Source of the DNA: Felis catus | Lineage: Eukaryota | Length of the DNA: 64,000 nt | Direction: 5' to 3' | NCBI RefSeq assembly: GCF_018350175.1 | Contig: NC_058368.1 | Span: 48,548,001-48,612,000, forward strand | In this document: in pieces, positions 1-11,718 of the stretch | Numbering within the stretch: position 1 is the first letter of the stretch | Layout: every line of letters begins with the position of its first letter | The notes under the pieces: generated by a model | The model's input: only the letters and a program-made list of their open reading frames with translations | Told to the model about the DNA's origin: nothing | Databases searched by the model: none | Position numbers and translations under genes: made by a program

Positions 1-24
1 CAAGTAGTCTTGATGTCATGTAAA

Positions 25-580
25 GATAAAAGAATTACTCAGCTATAAAAAGGAAGGAAATCTTGCCACTTGCAACAACACAGATAAACCTTGAGGATGT
101 TATGCCAAATGAAGTAAGTCAGAGAAAGGCAAATATCAAACGATCTTGCTTATGCCTAGAATCTTAAAAAAAAAAAAAAATGAGCTCATAGATACAAAGA
201 ACAGACTGGTGGCTGCCAGAGGCAGAGTATGTATGTGTGTGTAGTGGGGGAAGGTGGTCGAAAGGTGCAAACTTCCAGTTATAAAACAAGTTAAGTCATA
301 GGGATGTAATACACAGCAGAGTGACTATATTTAATAAACATTGCATATTTGAAGACTGCTATGAGAATGGATGCTAAAAGTTCTCATCACAAGAAAAACA
401 CATTTTTGCTATGTAAGATGACCGATGCTAACTAGACCTACTGTGTGATCTTTTCACAATATATACAAACATCAAATCACTTAATGGAACTAATAGAACT
501 AATAGAATTGGAACTAATAGAATGTTGTTTGTCAATGATATCTCAATAAATAAATAAACAAACAAACAAACAAACAAACC
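25..580 (+). mobile_element. L1 3' end (L1MA9/10-like)
   Basis: Typical L1MA 3'UTR motifs (gaaatcttgccacttgcaacaac, aaaagttctcatcacaagaaaa), ending ctcaataaa plus an (AAAT)/(AAAC) tail. Confidence 0.8.
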
Positions 581-879
581 TGAGGGAGAAGTGAGTTCAG
601 TTCTGGAAAAGGAAGCCAGAAACAAGAGTCTCTCCAGGGCTAGCAGAAACTAATTCTGAGGTCAGAGCTAGGGAACAGAGCGAACAGGAATCAGAAAGCA
701 TGTGCCCAACCCAAGCCCGCTTCCCTAGGCATATGTATAGACACAGAAAGCAGGTACCATGAGCCCAGGCAGAATGGCCACTGCAGTAGACAAGCCCCAC
801 ACATGGGAAAAACAGTTGCAACACAACTACAGTATGATCACAGGGAACATAATTTTAAAAATAAAAACACGAACAACTA

Positions 880-1190
880 TAATAACAACAGCTGCCATGC
901 ACTGAGCATTTATGTACTGGGTGCTGTTTCATGTGCTTTATACACGGTTCAATCATACATTTCCGGATTCACTCAAAAAACACTTACTGAGTACAAGGCA
1001 TGGTTTAGGCATTTAGGGTCTATCAGTGAACACAAGAGAGAACGTTTTACAGGGTTACATTCTAGTCATTTATCCCTCTAACAGCCTTTTTTTTTTTTTT
1101 AAACTATGTCCATTTTAGACAAGAAAATACAGGTTCAGAGAGATGAGGGAATCCGCCCGAGATGGTAGGTGGTCTAACGCTGGGGCTAAG
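880..1190 (-). mobile_element. MIR and L2 3'-end fragments
   Basis: actgagcatttatgtactgggtgctg, cattttagacaagaaaatacaggttcagagag (MIR); aaacacttactgagtacaaggcatggtttaggc (L2). Confidence 0.5.
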
Positions 1191-1529
1191 TCTACCTCCC
1201 ACTGCTACCAGGGATAGAGAGCATCAACTGCTGAGTAGTCAGACATTGGCTGCAAAGCTGCATGAGCCCAGAGCCACCAAAGCCACTCTGGCTAGTGCGC
1301 TTCAGGCTCCTGATCTAACAAAAGGCTGGAATCAGGGCTGGAGCATCAAGGCAGAGTCAGGCTGATTAGGGGTACACTGAAGGCAGAGTATTGAGACCAG
1401 TCCAAAGCCCTTACCCTGTCCTACAGGAGGTCCCTCTGATTATTTGTCCAATGTACTTCAAACCCACTACCCAATCCCATTTGGTACTATTACCCTCAAC
1501 TACATTTTAACCATGTCAAATGTTGGGTT

Positions 1530-1642
1530 CTCTATTGTCAGCATGTAGCCCACTTTGGGCCTTCTATCCCACACTCTCTCTGCCCCTCCCCCCACTCACA
1601 TGTACAAGCACACTCTCTCTCAAAAATAATCATTAAAAAAAA
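1530..1642 (+). mobile_element. CanSINE 3' fragment (old)
   Basis: ctctctctgcccctccccccactcac...ctctctctcaaaaataa. Confidence 0.7.
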
Positions 1643-1708
1643 TGCTCTCTCGTCTGGGCCTGTGTCTTCTATTCCATCTTTATATCCATCATCACCTGAC
1701 AAATTCTT

Positions 1709-1941
1709 TTTTTTTTTTATTTTAAATTTTTTTTTCAACGTTTATTTATTTTTTGGGGGACAGAGAGAGACAGAGCATGAACGGGGGAGGGGCAGAGAGA
1801 GAGGGAGACACAGAATCGGAAGCAGGCTCCAGGCTCCGAGCCATCAGCCCAGAGCCCGAAGTGGGGCTCGAACTCACGGACCTGAGATCGTGACCTGAGC
1901 TGAAGTCGGACGCTCAACCGACTGCGCCACCCAGGCGCCCC
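1709..1941 (-). mobile_element. Young felid CanSINE (SINEC_Fc type), full length
   Basis: Reverse complement starts GGGGCGCCTGGGTGGCGCAGTCGGTTGAGCG. CT tract and A tail present. TSD tcacctgacaaat at 1692-1704 and 1942-1954. Confidence 0.97.
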
Positions 1942-1969
1942 TCACCTGACAAATGCTTGATTTGCTATT

Positions 1970-2098
1970 ACACTAGAATGTAAGTTCCAGAAAGGGCATG
2001 ACTTTATCTTTTTGTTCACTAACAGTATCCCTACCCCCAGACTTATAACTGTGTCTAAGAGATAGTATGTGCTCAGTAAATATTTGTTGGGCTAATGA
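1970..2098 (+). mobile_element. L2 3' end
   Basis: ctagaatgtaagttccagaaagggcatgac...gtgctcagtaaatatttgttg. Confidence 0.75.
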
Positions 2099-2229
2099 AA
2101 ACAGTAACTATAGGCAGACATAAGGTCAATTCATTCCCCTGGGTCTAACTGCCTGGGTGATCATTGATTCCTGACAGATGAGAAGAAAAGGATAAGCACA
2201 ATGTTAGGGCTATAAAATGCCCCACATGT

Positions 2230-2770
2230 AGGAAGAATGGTAAAACATTTGGTGTGGCTGGAACATACTGCTTATCGGAAGAGAAACTCTAGAGGAGATC
2301 AGATAGGTAACTCTGGGTCAGGTGGTAAGGGGTCTTATATGTTATGGCATCTTCATTTATTCGTTACAACGTGTTTCGTTAATGCCACCATATGCTAGCT
2401 ACTAGGGGCCTACGTGAACAAGACAGAAAAGCTCCCGAAGAAATGTGTTTGGACAATATGTGACTGAGAGTTATGAAGGCTTATTACGCAAAACACGGTA
2501 TGTTTAAGCTTTGTGTTTAGAAAGACAGCACTAGAATTCATTTGGAAGATGCCCTTTAAACATATAAGACTTAATGCAGAAAGAAGAGCCAGTTCACAGG
2601 CTACCCCAGCAGCCCAGGGGACAGGTGGTCAGCGTTTGACTGATGGCCATGGCAATGGGAAGAGAGAGGAGGAAAAATGTTTGAGAAATAGTTCATTGGT
2701 AGAATGAACCACCTTTGATGACTGATGAGGAGGAGAGAGTGTGGTGATAAAATAGAGCGAGAGGGAGTGG
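2230..2770 (-). mobile_element. L2 fragments (degenerate)
   Basis: tttggtgtggctggaacat, gtgtttagaaagacagcactag, ggcaatgggaagagagagg resemble antisense L2. Confidence 0.45.
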
Positions 2771-4494
2771 CGCTGATTTTTGTAGACTGTTCACGAAGGT
2801 GAAGGCAGGAAATTCAATAGGAAAAGCCAACCATATCCTATATTCCTCCAATATCCCTTAAAGGACCTATTGTACTCTGGGAAACACGAATATTTGGGTA
2901 TATCATTTAATTTCAACATTTTTGCATACTCAAGATCTGTTACACACAGAGGAAGATATCTCTTAAACAGATTATGTTCAGATCTTGTAAGAGATACAGA
3001 AAGTCAGATTTATCCAAACTTAGAAACACAGGTTTGGTTGAAATAAAGCAAACATATATCATTTTATTAGCTATATATTCAAGACAAGAACTAACTCTGC
3101 TTTTACTAACACTGTCTCCAGGATTTGTAAAGTTTTACAGACTTCTGTGATTACTGAAACTTAAAAAAACAAAAACAAAAAACAAAACCAGGTATTTGCC
3201 AAAGAAAGTTTAAAAGGACCGTACATTAATATATTCATCAGCCATTACCCTTTATGAAAATCACATGGATAATAATGAAAACACATCCAGAACACTGACT
3301 GGATTATGTAATGAAATAACAACACTGGTCTTCTGTGTCTAGAGAAAAGTAAGATTACTATCGAGTATTGAGTCATTTATTTTCTGCAGGAAACAAGGGA
3401 AATGACTATTGACCTATACTTCCACCTTTCCTGGTCTACGATGATGTCAAAAGGCTCCTTATCAAATTCAAATGGATTATCTCATTAAAACATGGGCTTG
3501 TTGAATGTTTGTCTCCAGCACAGCCTGAAGAAACAGTACTGAAGTTAGGAATAAGTAAAAGAATTTTAGGGAGAATTAAAAATCCAAGTTAATTTTTTTT
3601 TTTTTTATTATGACTATTCTAATGAAAACAAAAAGAGAAAGCTTGACCTTAGCGGTCTCCTCCATAGCCAGAAAGATGTGTAAACTGCAAACAAGTGAAC
3701 TAGCTTTTGTCTTTTTCTCAAAGAATCTACTGTTCACTCCTTTATTTTATACTGTAAACATTTATTAAGATTTTGTACCAAATACAATATTACTTGAAAA
3801 CTCTAGGCACAATATTGGTTCTTAGCACATTTCAAAAAAGTAACGGTAGAAAACAATGAATTTTACAGGTTATTTCATCCAAGAAAGATTGTCAAAGCAT
3901 GTAAAAGCACTATGCAGTGTTAGCCATGTTGTCAAAAAATGCAGTAAAAGTAATTGCTATTAAAAGATTGTATCAACAATGAAGCTGCAATAGTTTGCAT
4001 TGTCTGGCCAGTCATGTCACATATATCACAAAGTGGCCATGCATTTCCTCCATTTTCCGCACCCCCGCCCCAATACTCTGGATCCTGGGAATGCAGTGAA
4101 GACATTACCGGCTGACTGCCACATGCATAGGCTCAACTCAAAATGTAATCTGTCAGTTTCCAAGTATATTCACCTCTAACTGTGATTCTTCCACATTTCC
4201 CAAATGATGTCTTCAGGTGTAATAATTAAAATTGATGTATAATCCAAATCCTGTCCTAAGTCAACATTGTTATTGGCAATACTATTACACACCTACTTTC
4301 ATTTTATCCCAATACCATCTCCAAGAATTCACACTACCTGATCGTTTACCTTTTAAAAGCACTCTCTCTTCCTTTCTACGCTTTTTTTCTGGATGCTTTC
4401 ATAATTGCACACAAGTGTGAATAAGAACAGAATATTGCCTAGAACACGGGCTCAATGAATACGCTTCCTGGGTTAGACTCAACACACTTGTTTG

Positions 4495-4625
4495 GTGTTT
4501 AACCTTCTTAAGGTTTCAGTTTTCTTATATGTAAAATGCAGATAACTTTCTGCTTCACAGAACTGTTTTAAGGATTCATTCATTGAGATAATCACAGAAA
4601 ACGCCTCAGCACAAGTCTTTTATGG
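4495..4625 (+). mobile_element. MIR
   Basis: MIR core tttcagttttcttatatgtaaaatgcagataa...cacagaactgttttaaggatt. Confidence 0.7.
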
Positions 4626-5817
4626 TAATAGTTAGATTAATTAATTTTAGTTAGTAGTAGTAATAGGAATACTATCTTACCCATTCTTTCCAAACTTACT
4701 TTTAAGTATGGATGTTCTAATCTGATTTTTGCTTGATTCTGCAGAACCCATTCAGTTTTCTGTGTACATTCTCTATAGTTATTATGAAAGTAGAATGGAA
4801 ATGGTAAATTTATTTAAAAATACTGATGATGGAAACTGAAGGACAACTGAGCTACACAATTAAAATATATTTGCTCAGAAGAATGGCAAGAATGAACTAT
4901 TTTGTCTGTTTAAAACTGACGATGTGCACCAATTAGATAAGGTCACAACTTGCCTCTCCCTGGGCACCCCAATGAGGGCATTTAACATCTCTAACTACTA
5001 AACACAACCACAAAGTGTCAGATAGCCCTTCTCAGTAACCAAATGTTATTTGATGCAGTACTACAGTAACCTTTATTTCTGGTTCCCCTTCACATGATTG
5101 CCCAGAAGTACACTGTTTTAAAGAAATATATTTACTACCACAACATATCTCACATGTATGTTACTAGAGAAGATACCTACAGAGGGGCCTGTAATTTGAA
5201 ATGTGTAAAACTTTCAAAATTATATGGGGGAAAACAAAAGAACCACAGAGAAGATACAATAAATGCGAATGGCTGAAAGTTTAAAATGTATGAAGTCGGT
5301 GATATTAACACCTTCATGTCATTATCTATGCTGCCGTCCTCATCAACGTCCTTCCCCCCATCCCTGTACTTCCTCATTTTATCAACCATCCTTATCCCAT
5401 CTTAGAATTTCTCTAAGATAGGTGTATGTGTGCATGTGTATATAAATTAAATCCAGGGCTATTTTTCTTCCCCTTTTATGGGTACTTTCCAAATTCTAAA
5501 ATGTAACACAATGAAAGTCAAAAAAGAAACAAAATACATTCAACAGAAATCTGAAGTACACGTTTTTATTAAGGAATTACAGAAGTGCACGGCATTTACT
5601 CAGGCCTTGAACATCCTGTCAGCCTCTTAATAAATTGGACCCATAAAAATAGAAACAGTATAATTTTGAACCTGTATAACTGACTGTACCCAGGAAGTTT
5701 CTATTACCTTTTTCTGCTACTTGCTACTGAATATGGCTAACATAAATGTTGCATATAAGAGAGTAAATATGCCCTGCTTAGGAAGTCTAATGCCATCACT
5801 CAAATATTCTTCTAGAC

Positions 5818-6043
5818 CAGGGCTTTTCAACATCTGCGAGATGGACATTTAGACCTCTTTGTTGTTGGGGCTCTCCTGTGCACTGTAAAATGTTCGGCAG
5901 CCTCCCTCCCTCCTACCGCCGGACCCTGGTAGCACTCTCTCCCCCCCACGGTTGTACCAACCAAAAATGTCCTCAGAAACTGCCAAATGTCAAAGGGAGG
6001 GGGATGGTGAGAGGAGGAAGGTGCCCCTACTTAAGAAGCACGA
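5818..6043. mobile_element. MER20 (hAT-Charlie MITE)
   Basis: ctttgttgttggggctctcctgtgcactgtaaaatgttcggcagc...gttgtaccaaccaaaaatgtcctcagaaactgccaaatgtc. Left flank TTCTAGAC fits the Charlie target preference NTCTAGAN. Confidence 0.85.
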
Positions 6044-7229
6044 TTTTGTAATTACTGATATTATAAACTCATTAGGAAAGAATCTTAATTTTATGTTGAA
6101 TTTTATTGCCCAATAATATAAACACTACCGCAATATTAAAAGAAAGTAATATCCGATATAAAGAGTATCTATAGTTTACTTTAAAATACACCTGCTGGGC
6201 AATTAGCAACGTTTTCTAAGATGGTTTTACTATTTTGTTTAAATTCCTTCCAAAACCCTTTCTAATTTTCCCACTAAACAAATGCAAAGATCCCAGGAAG
6301 GAGCTATGAATCTGCTCTTTAGTTCAAGCTACAAGGGCCTGAAAGAAACCTGGAGAATTTCAGTATTGATACAGCAATTCTAGGAAGCTCTCCTGACCCA
6401 TTCTTAGACGTGGCCGGTAAGAACTAACCCAAGTAGCCTCAAAAATCCCCAAAGAAACTGTAATTACCCAAATATGGCAATGCAACCTGCAACAAGAATC
6501 TAGAAGACAGAGCTTTAATTCTTAGCTCTATATCTGGTTTACTGGATCATGTTTTACACTTTATTTTTCTTCATAGATATCAGGATTCTAAGGCCACAAG
6601 GAACCCTTAGAAAATTCAACTACATCATAAAGAGAGTTAAATAATGGAAAAGTCATAAAATAAGGCTATAGTACGTAAGAATTAAAAGTGACTTATAAAA
6701 GAGGTAAAGTACTATATATGTTACATACATGTGGTTATATATATGTATGAGGTTATGTACTATATTTATCATGTAACATATTTAAATATATAATTAACAA
6801 GTATGATTACTTAAATACAAAGATTTATTTTAGAAGCATTATTTTTCAACATAATGTCAGATAAACGCTATCATTAAAATTAAAGATATTGCTGCTAGAT
6901 TTAAAAGGGCAAAGCAAGGTAAAGTTTATCGTGCTCACAAGTACATGGTTTATTCCTAACGATCAGATCACTGTAAACTATCACCACCTTTTGAATGTTA
7001 TCAAATTATAGGAACAACAGCCTCAAATACCACAAAAAGCAATTTTCTATTTCAACATTAACCTAAAAGCTCACTAAACTCTGTAAAAAGCTGAAAAAAC
7101 ACAAGTAGATGAGAAACATGAAGGCCTATGAGCATCTCTGTACAATGAAAGCAAATGATATTCTTTAAGAAAATCACCAAACAAGCACATATGTAAGTGT
7201 GTATAACACCAAACTGCTTACGGTATTTA

Positions 7230-7605
7230 AACAAAAAAGCAAAAAAGAATCCATCTAAATGCCAAACAATGGGAAACTAGTTGAATGGATAATGGGATAC
7301 ACAAACCACTGAAGAATATTTATGCATTACATTTATGATATGTAGGTTTTTGTCTTGAAGTTGGTGGATGATCGTAAGCGAAAAAAGGGATGACGGAAGA
7401 CTATGTTGCCATGTTTAAAACCAAAGCTCATACCAAGAGAGAGAGTGCAAGAGAGATAAAGAAAAGAGGAGGGAGATGGACAGAAAGAACTAAAAGGATA
7501 CACATTCAAAATTACAGGTGAAAGGGCATGGAGAGATAGTTTTCATTTTTGCTTTGACAAATTTTCTCACTTTTTATGAATTTCACGTTTCTGTATAATT
7601 AAAAG
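7230..7605 (+). mobile_element. Ancient L1 (L1ME-like) 3' fragment
   Basis: ccatctaaatgccaaacaatgggaaactagttgaatggataatggga; A-rich degenerate 3'UTR. Confidence 0.45.
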
Positions 7606-8825
7606 AAATACGTGAGTGTTCAAATTTTGAGACAAAAAAGAAACAGATTAAAAGAAGAACAGATGAGAGAAACCAAAGGAGAGAAATCAATGTTTTTATT
7701 CAGATTCTCTTATAAAGTATATAAGTGTCACATCATTTCTCTAGCCAGGAAAGCACATGCACACACACACATGCATAGTCACTCATGTGTACATTCGTGC
7801 TACACCTAACATTTAACTACTGCAAATCTAAAAACTTGTAAGTGAAATTGAAAGTAAGTTAGTGTCTAAGTTATATTTGTAATTGAGGCATTGAATCCTG
7901 TTATATTGCTTCACGTGGGCTATCAATTGTTTGCAAATATTTTCATTATGCAGAGAGATCTGTGCTATACTGCTATTCAGTCTGCAAATTATGGTCTAGG
8001 CAATTCCACAATAGAAAAATGGACACATGATACTATTATCTTGTGCCAAGAATTTAGCATCCTGAAAAAAGCAGTTATGGGCCAAATACTTCTATTTATT
8101 TATTTTTACTACATAGAGCAGCAGTGAGTAAATTTTAAAAGATTTTAGTCTTTTGAAATATCCATCTTTTCTGCTCTTGTGTGAAAAAGTATAGGAACAG
8201 AAAGCTTTCCACTCATCAGATTTTGAAACAAAGTGTAGTATCTTATAATAACCACCAACAACTACACTCTGCTTCTTGTACAGATCTCTGATTACATAAC
8301 AATCCTGGAATTGTTATTTGAGGAAATTCCTAGAGAGTTAAGAGGAAAAGGAATGGATTCTCAATGTTGCATTTTTGGAAGAACTAAAAGCATCCTCAGG
8401 GACTTTCAGTTTCCAGGCCACCACATAACCAGTTTAACGTCACCAAGCAGTCGTAACAACAAGTAAAAAGCCAAATAAACAAAAATCGCAACTTTGTTAG
8501 ATCCATCGGAGAAGTGAGGTCATAAGGCCAACTGCTGCCCTAAAAACTGTAAAGACAAAAGGATACAGAGAATCACGCCTTACCAAGGCAAAAAGCCCTT
8601 GAACAAAACCTGCGGGACCCAGTGATGGACAGTGGAAGAATGTGGAAGAAAAGCTGAACTGTAATGGAAGAGTTACTGGAGGCTCAGGGTGGACAGCCTG
8701 AGTTAAAAAACTCCCAGGGAATGCAGTTATGAGAGCTTTATCTCCAGGAGCTGTACCATGTCCTTACAGTGAATGTGAGAAAAGTCCCTTCATACTATCC
8801 CTTCGTTTCAATTGAAAAATGTCAT

Positions 8826-9063
8826 GGGGCGGCTGGGTGGCGCAGTCGGTTAAGCGTCCGACTTCAGCCAGGTCACGATCTCGCGGTCCGTGAGTTCGAG
8901 CCCGCGTCAGGCTCTGGGCTGATGGCTCAGAGCCTGGAGCCTGTTTCCGATTCTGTGTCTCCCTCTCTCTCTGCCCCAACCCCGTTCATGCTCTGTCTCT
9001 CTCTGTCCCAAAAATAAATAAATGTTGAAAAAAAAAAAAATTAAAAAAAAAAAAAAAAAAAAA
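8826..9063 (+). mobile_element. Young felid CanSINE
   Basis: CpG-intact body, long A tail, TSD gaaaaatgtca at 8814-8824 and 9064-9074. Confidence 0.97.
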
Positions 9064-9513
9064 GAAAAATGTCAGAGCGCCAAATTCTTCTTAACAAGGC
9101 CTGCCCTTAGGATAAGTCCTTACCAGAGCCTCCCCTGTTGGGGTCTTATCAGCACCTAACCTACCTGCAGGAAGGGAAATACACAACTGCAGCCCCCTCC
9201 AACCATTCTGTTCATAGAAGAGGGGTGGGGGGTGGAAGCTGAGAAGCACTGGTGAAGTTCATAGTCAAGAGGCACAATTTCACCCAAACACTGAGACCTA
9301 ACCATAGGACTACAGAACACTTCTTCTCTCCCTATACCTCACCATTACTAAAAGCCTATTTACTACAGTTCATTTATATCATGTCTATCTTTCAACAACA
9401 AATTACAAGGCATACTAAAAGGCAATTTGAAGAGAGTGAACAGACATCAGAACCAGAGTCAAATATGCAGGAAGTCTGAAGTAATGAGACCAGAAAATTT
9501 TAAACTATGATTT

Positions 9514-9754
9514 ATTTTTTTTTAATGTTTATTTATTTATTTTGAGGGAGAGAGAACATGTGCATGCATAAGCAGGAGAGGGATGGTGGGAGGCAGGGGG
9601 GGTGGGTGGGGAAAGGGAGGAGAGAGAGAATCCCAAGCAGGCTTCACACTCAGTGCAGAGCCCAATGCAGGGTTTGATCTCACTGACTGTGAGATCATGA
9701 CCTGAGCAGAAAGCAAGAGTTGAACAGTTAACTGACAAGCCACCCAGGTGCCCC
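9514..9754 (-). mobile_element. CanSINE (older subfamily)
   Basis: Ends cacccaggtgcccc; TSD-like aaactatg on both sides. Confidence 0.92.
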
Positions 9755-10673
9755 AAAACTATGTTTAATATGCTTTAATAAAAAAGGCAGACAACATGAA
9801 GAACGGATGGATAATACAAGCAGAGAAATGGAACTTCTAAAAAAAAAAAGACTCAAAAACAAATGCTAGTGATCATAGAAAACACTGTAACAAATGAACA
9901 ATCCCTTGGATAGGCTAATACAAGGAACAGAAGGTAGGAATTAGGCATCCTTTGATATTATAAGGCATCCACGCTACCCATGAAACAGAATAATATTATT
10001 TAAAAGTAGACTTGGATTAGTAGTAAATGTATATTGCAAACTCTAGGGCAACCACTATAATAATTTAAAAAGAAATCTAATATGCTAAGAAAGAAGAGAA
10101 AATAGAATTATATATAATGTTCAATTAAGACCACAAAAACTAGAAAAAATGTGGAAGAAAAAAATGGGAACAAAGAACACGACAATGGCAATAGAAAGTA
10201 GTAACCAACATGGTGGATTTAATCCAACTACATACATAATTACTTTACATATTAATGGTCTAAATATACCAACTAAAGGACAGAAATTGTCAGAGTGGAT
10301 AAAAAAAAAAAAAAAAAAGACCAAGCTACATGTTGCCTACAGAAAACCCAGTTTGAACATAAAGACACATATATGTTAAAAGTAAAGGGGTGGAGAAAGA
10401 TATATCATACACTAATTAAAAGAAAGCAGTGGTATCTATTATTTCAAATAGATCAGACTTTAAAGCAAGGAGAGCTACTAGGGATAAAAAGAGATATTAC
10501 ATAATGATAAAGGAGTCACTACTCCCCAAGACAAAACAATCCTTAATCTGTATGTGTCTACCAACAGAACATCACAATATATAAGGCAAAATCATAAGTA
10601 AAACTTCAAGGAGAAATAAGTGAATCCACTATTACAGGTGTAGACTTTAACACCCCTCTATCAGAAATGAACA

Positions 10674-10865
10674 GGGGCACCTGGGTGGCGCAGTGGGTTG
10701 AGCATCCGACTCTTGGTTTCAGCTGGGGTCATGATCTTTCAGTTCATGAGTTCAAGCCCCAAGTCAGGCTCTATGCTGGCAGGGTGGAGCCTGCTTGGGA
10801 TTCTCTCTCTCTCCGTCTGCCCCCAACTCACACTCAGTCTCTCTCAAAATAAATAAATAAACTTT
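10674..10865 (+). mobile_element. CanSINE (older subfamily)
   Basis: ggggcacctgggtggcgcagtgggttgagcatccgactcttgg...ctctcaaaataaataaataa. Confidence 0.93.
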
Positions 10866-10955
10866 AGAAAGGAAGAAAGGAAGAAAGGAAGAAAGAAAGA
10901 GAGAAAGAAAGAGAGAAAGAAAGAAAAGAAAAGAAAAGAAAAGAAAAGAAAAGAA

Positions 10956-11007
<52 letters not shown>

Positions 11008-11016
11008 AAAGAAAGA
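10866..11016 (+). repeat. Compound purine microsatellite (GGAAGAAA)n/(GAAAA)n/(GAAA)n
   Basis: About 150 nt with no pyrimidine, directly after the SINE tail. Confidence 0.97.
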
Positions 11017-11169
11017 TAAAAGATAGATAAAAGAAGTAGACAGATCCAGTGGACAGAAAATCAGCAAGGACAGAATTGAATTCAACAGCACCATCAACCA
11101 ACTGGATACAATTCACATCTATAAACTAGGATTAGAGAGGAAGTTTCTCAACTTGACAAAGAATATTTA

Positions 11170-11326
11170 TGATGGCTAATTTTATACATCATCTTGATTT
11201 AGCTAAAGCATGCCCAGATAGCAGGTAAAACATTATTCATAGATGTGTCTGTGAGAGTGTTTCCAGAAGAGATTGCATTTGAATCAGTAGAGTAAAAAAG
11301 ATCCACCCCCACTTGTATGGGCATCA
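11170..11326 (+). mobile_element. MLT2 (ERVL) LTR 5' fragment
   Basis: tgatggctaattttatacatcatcttgatttagctaaagcatgcccagatagcaggtaaaacattatt...gtgtctgtgagagtgtttccagaagagatt. Confidence 0.8.
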
Positions 11327-11498
11327 AGCACCAAAACATATAAAGAACTTTTAAAATTCAAAAATAAGAACACAAGCAATCTGATTAAAAAATCGACCAA
11401 AGACCTTAAAAGACACTTCATCAAAGAAGATAAACAGATGACAAGAAAGCATATAAAAAGATGTTCAGTATCATATGGTCATTAAAGAATTGCAAATT

Positions 11499-11718
11499 GG
11501 GGCACCTAGGTGGCTCAGTCGGTTGGGCATCCGACTTCGGCTCAGGCCATGATCTCCCAGTTTGTGAGTTCGAGCCCTGCGTCGGGCTCTGTGCTCACAG
11601 CCCAGAGCCTGGAGCCTGCTTCAGATTCTGTGTCTCCTTCTCTCTCTGCCCCTCCACCGCTCACACTCTGTCTCTCTCTCCTTGAAAAGTAAACATTGAA
11701 AAAAAAAATTTTTTTTTA
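11499..11718 (+). mobile_element. CanSINE
   Basis: Full body. TSD aaagaa(t/c)tgcaaatt on both sides. Confidence 0.95.

Noticed and set aside
8826..8910. tRNA-like A/B boxes at SINE 5' ends
   Set aside because: These are the tRNA-derived heads of CanSINEs, not tRNA genes.
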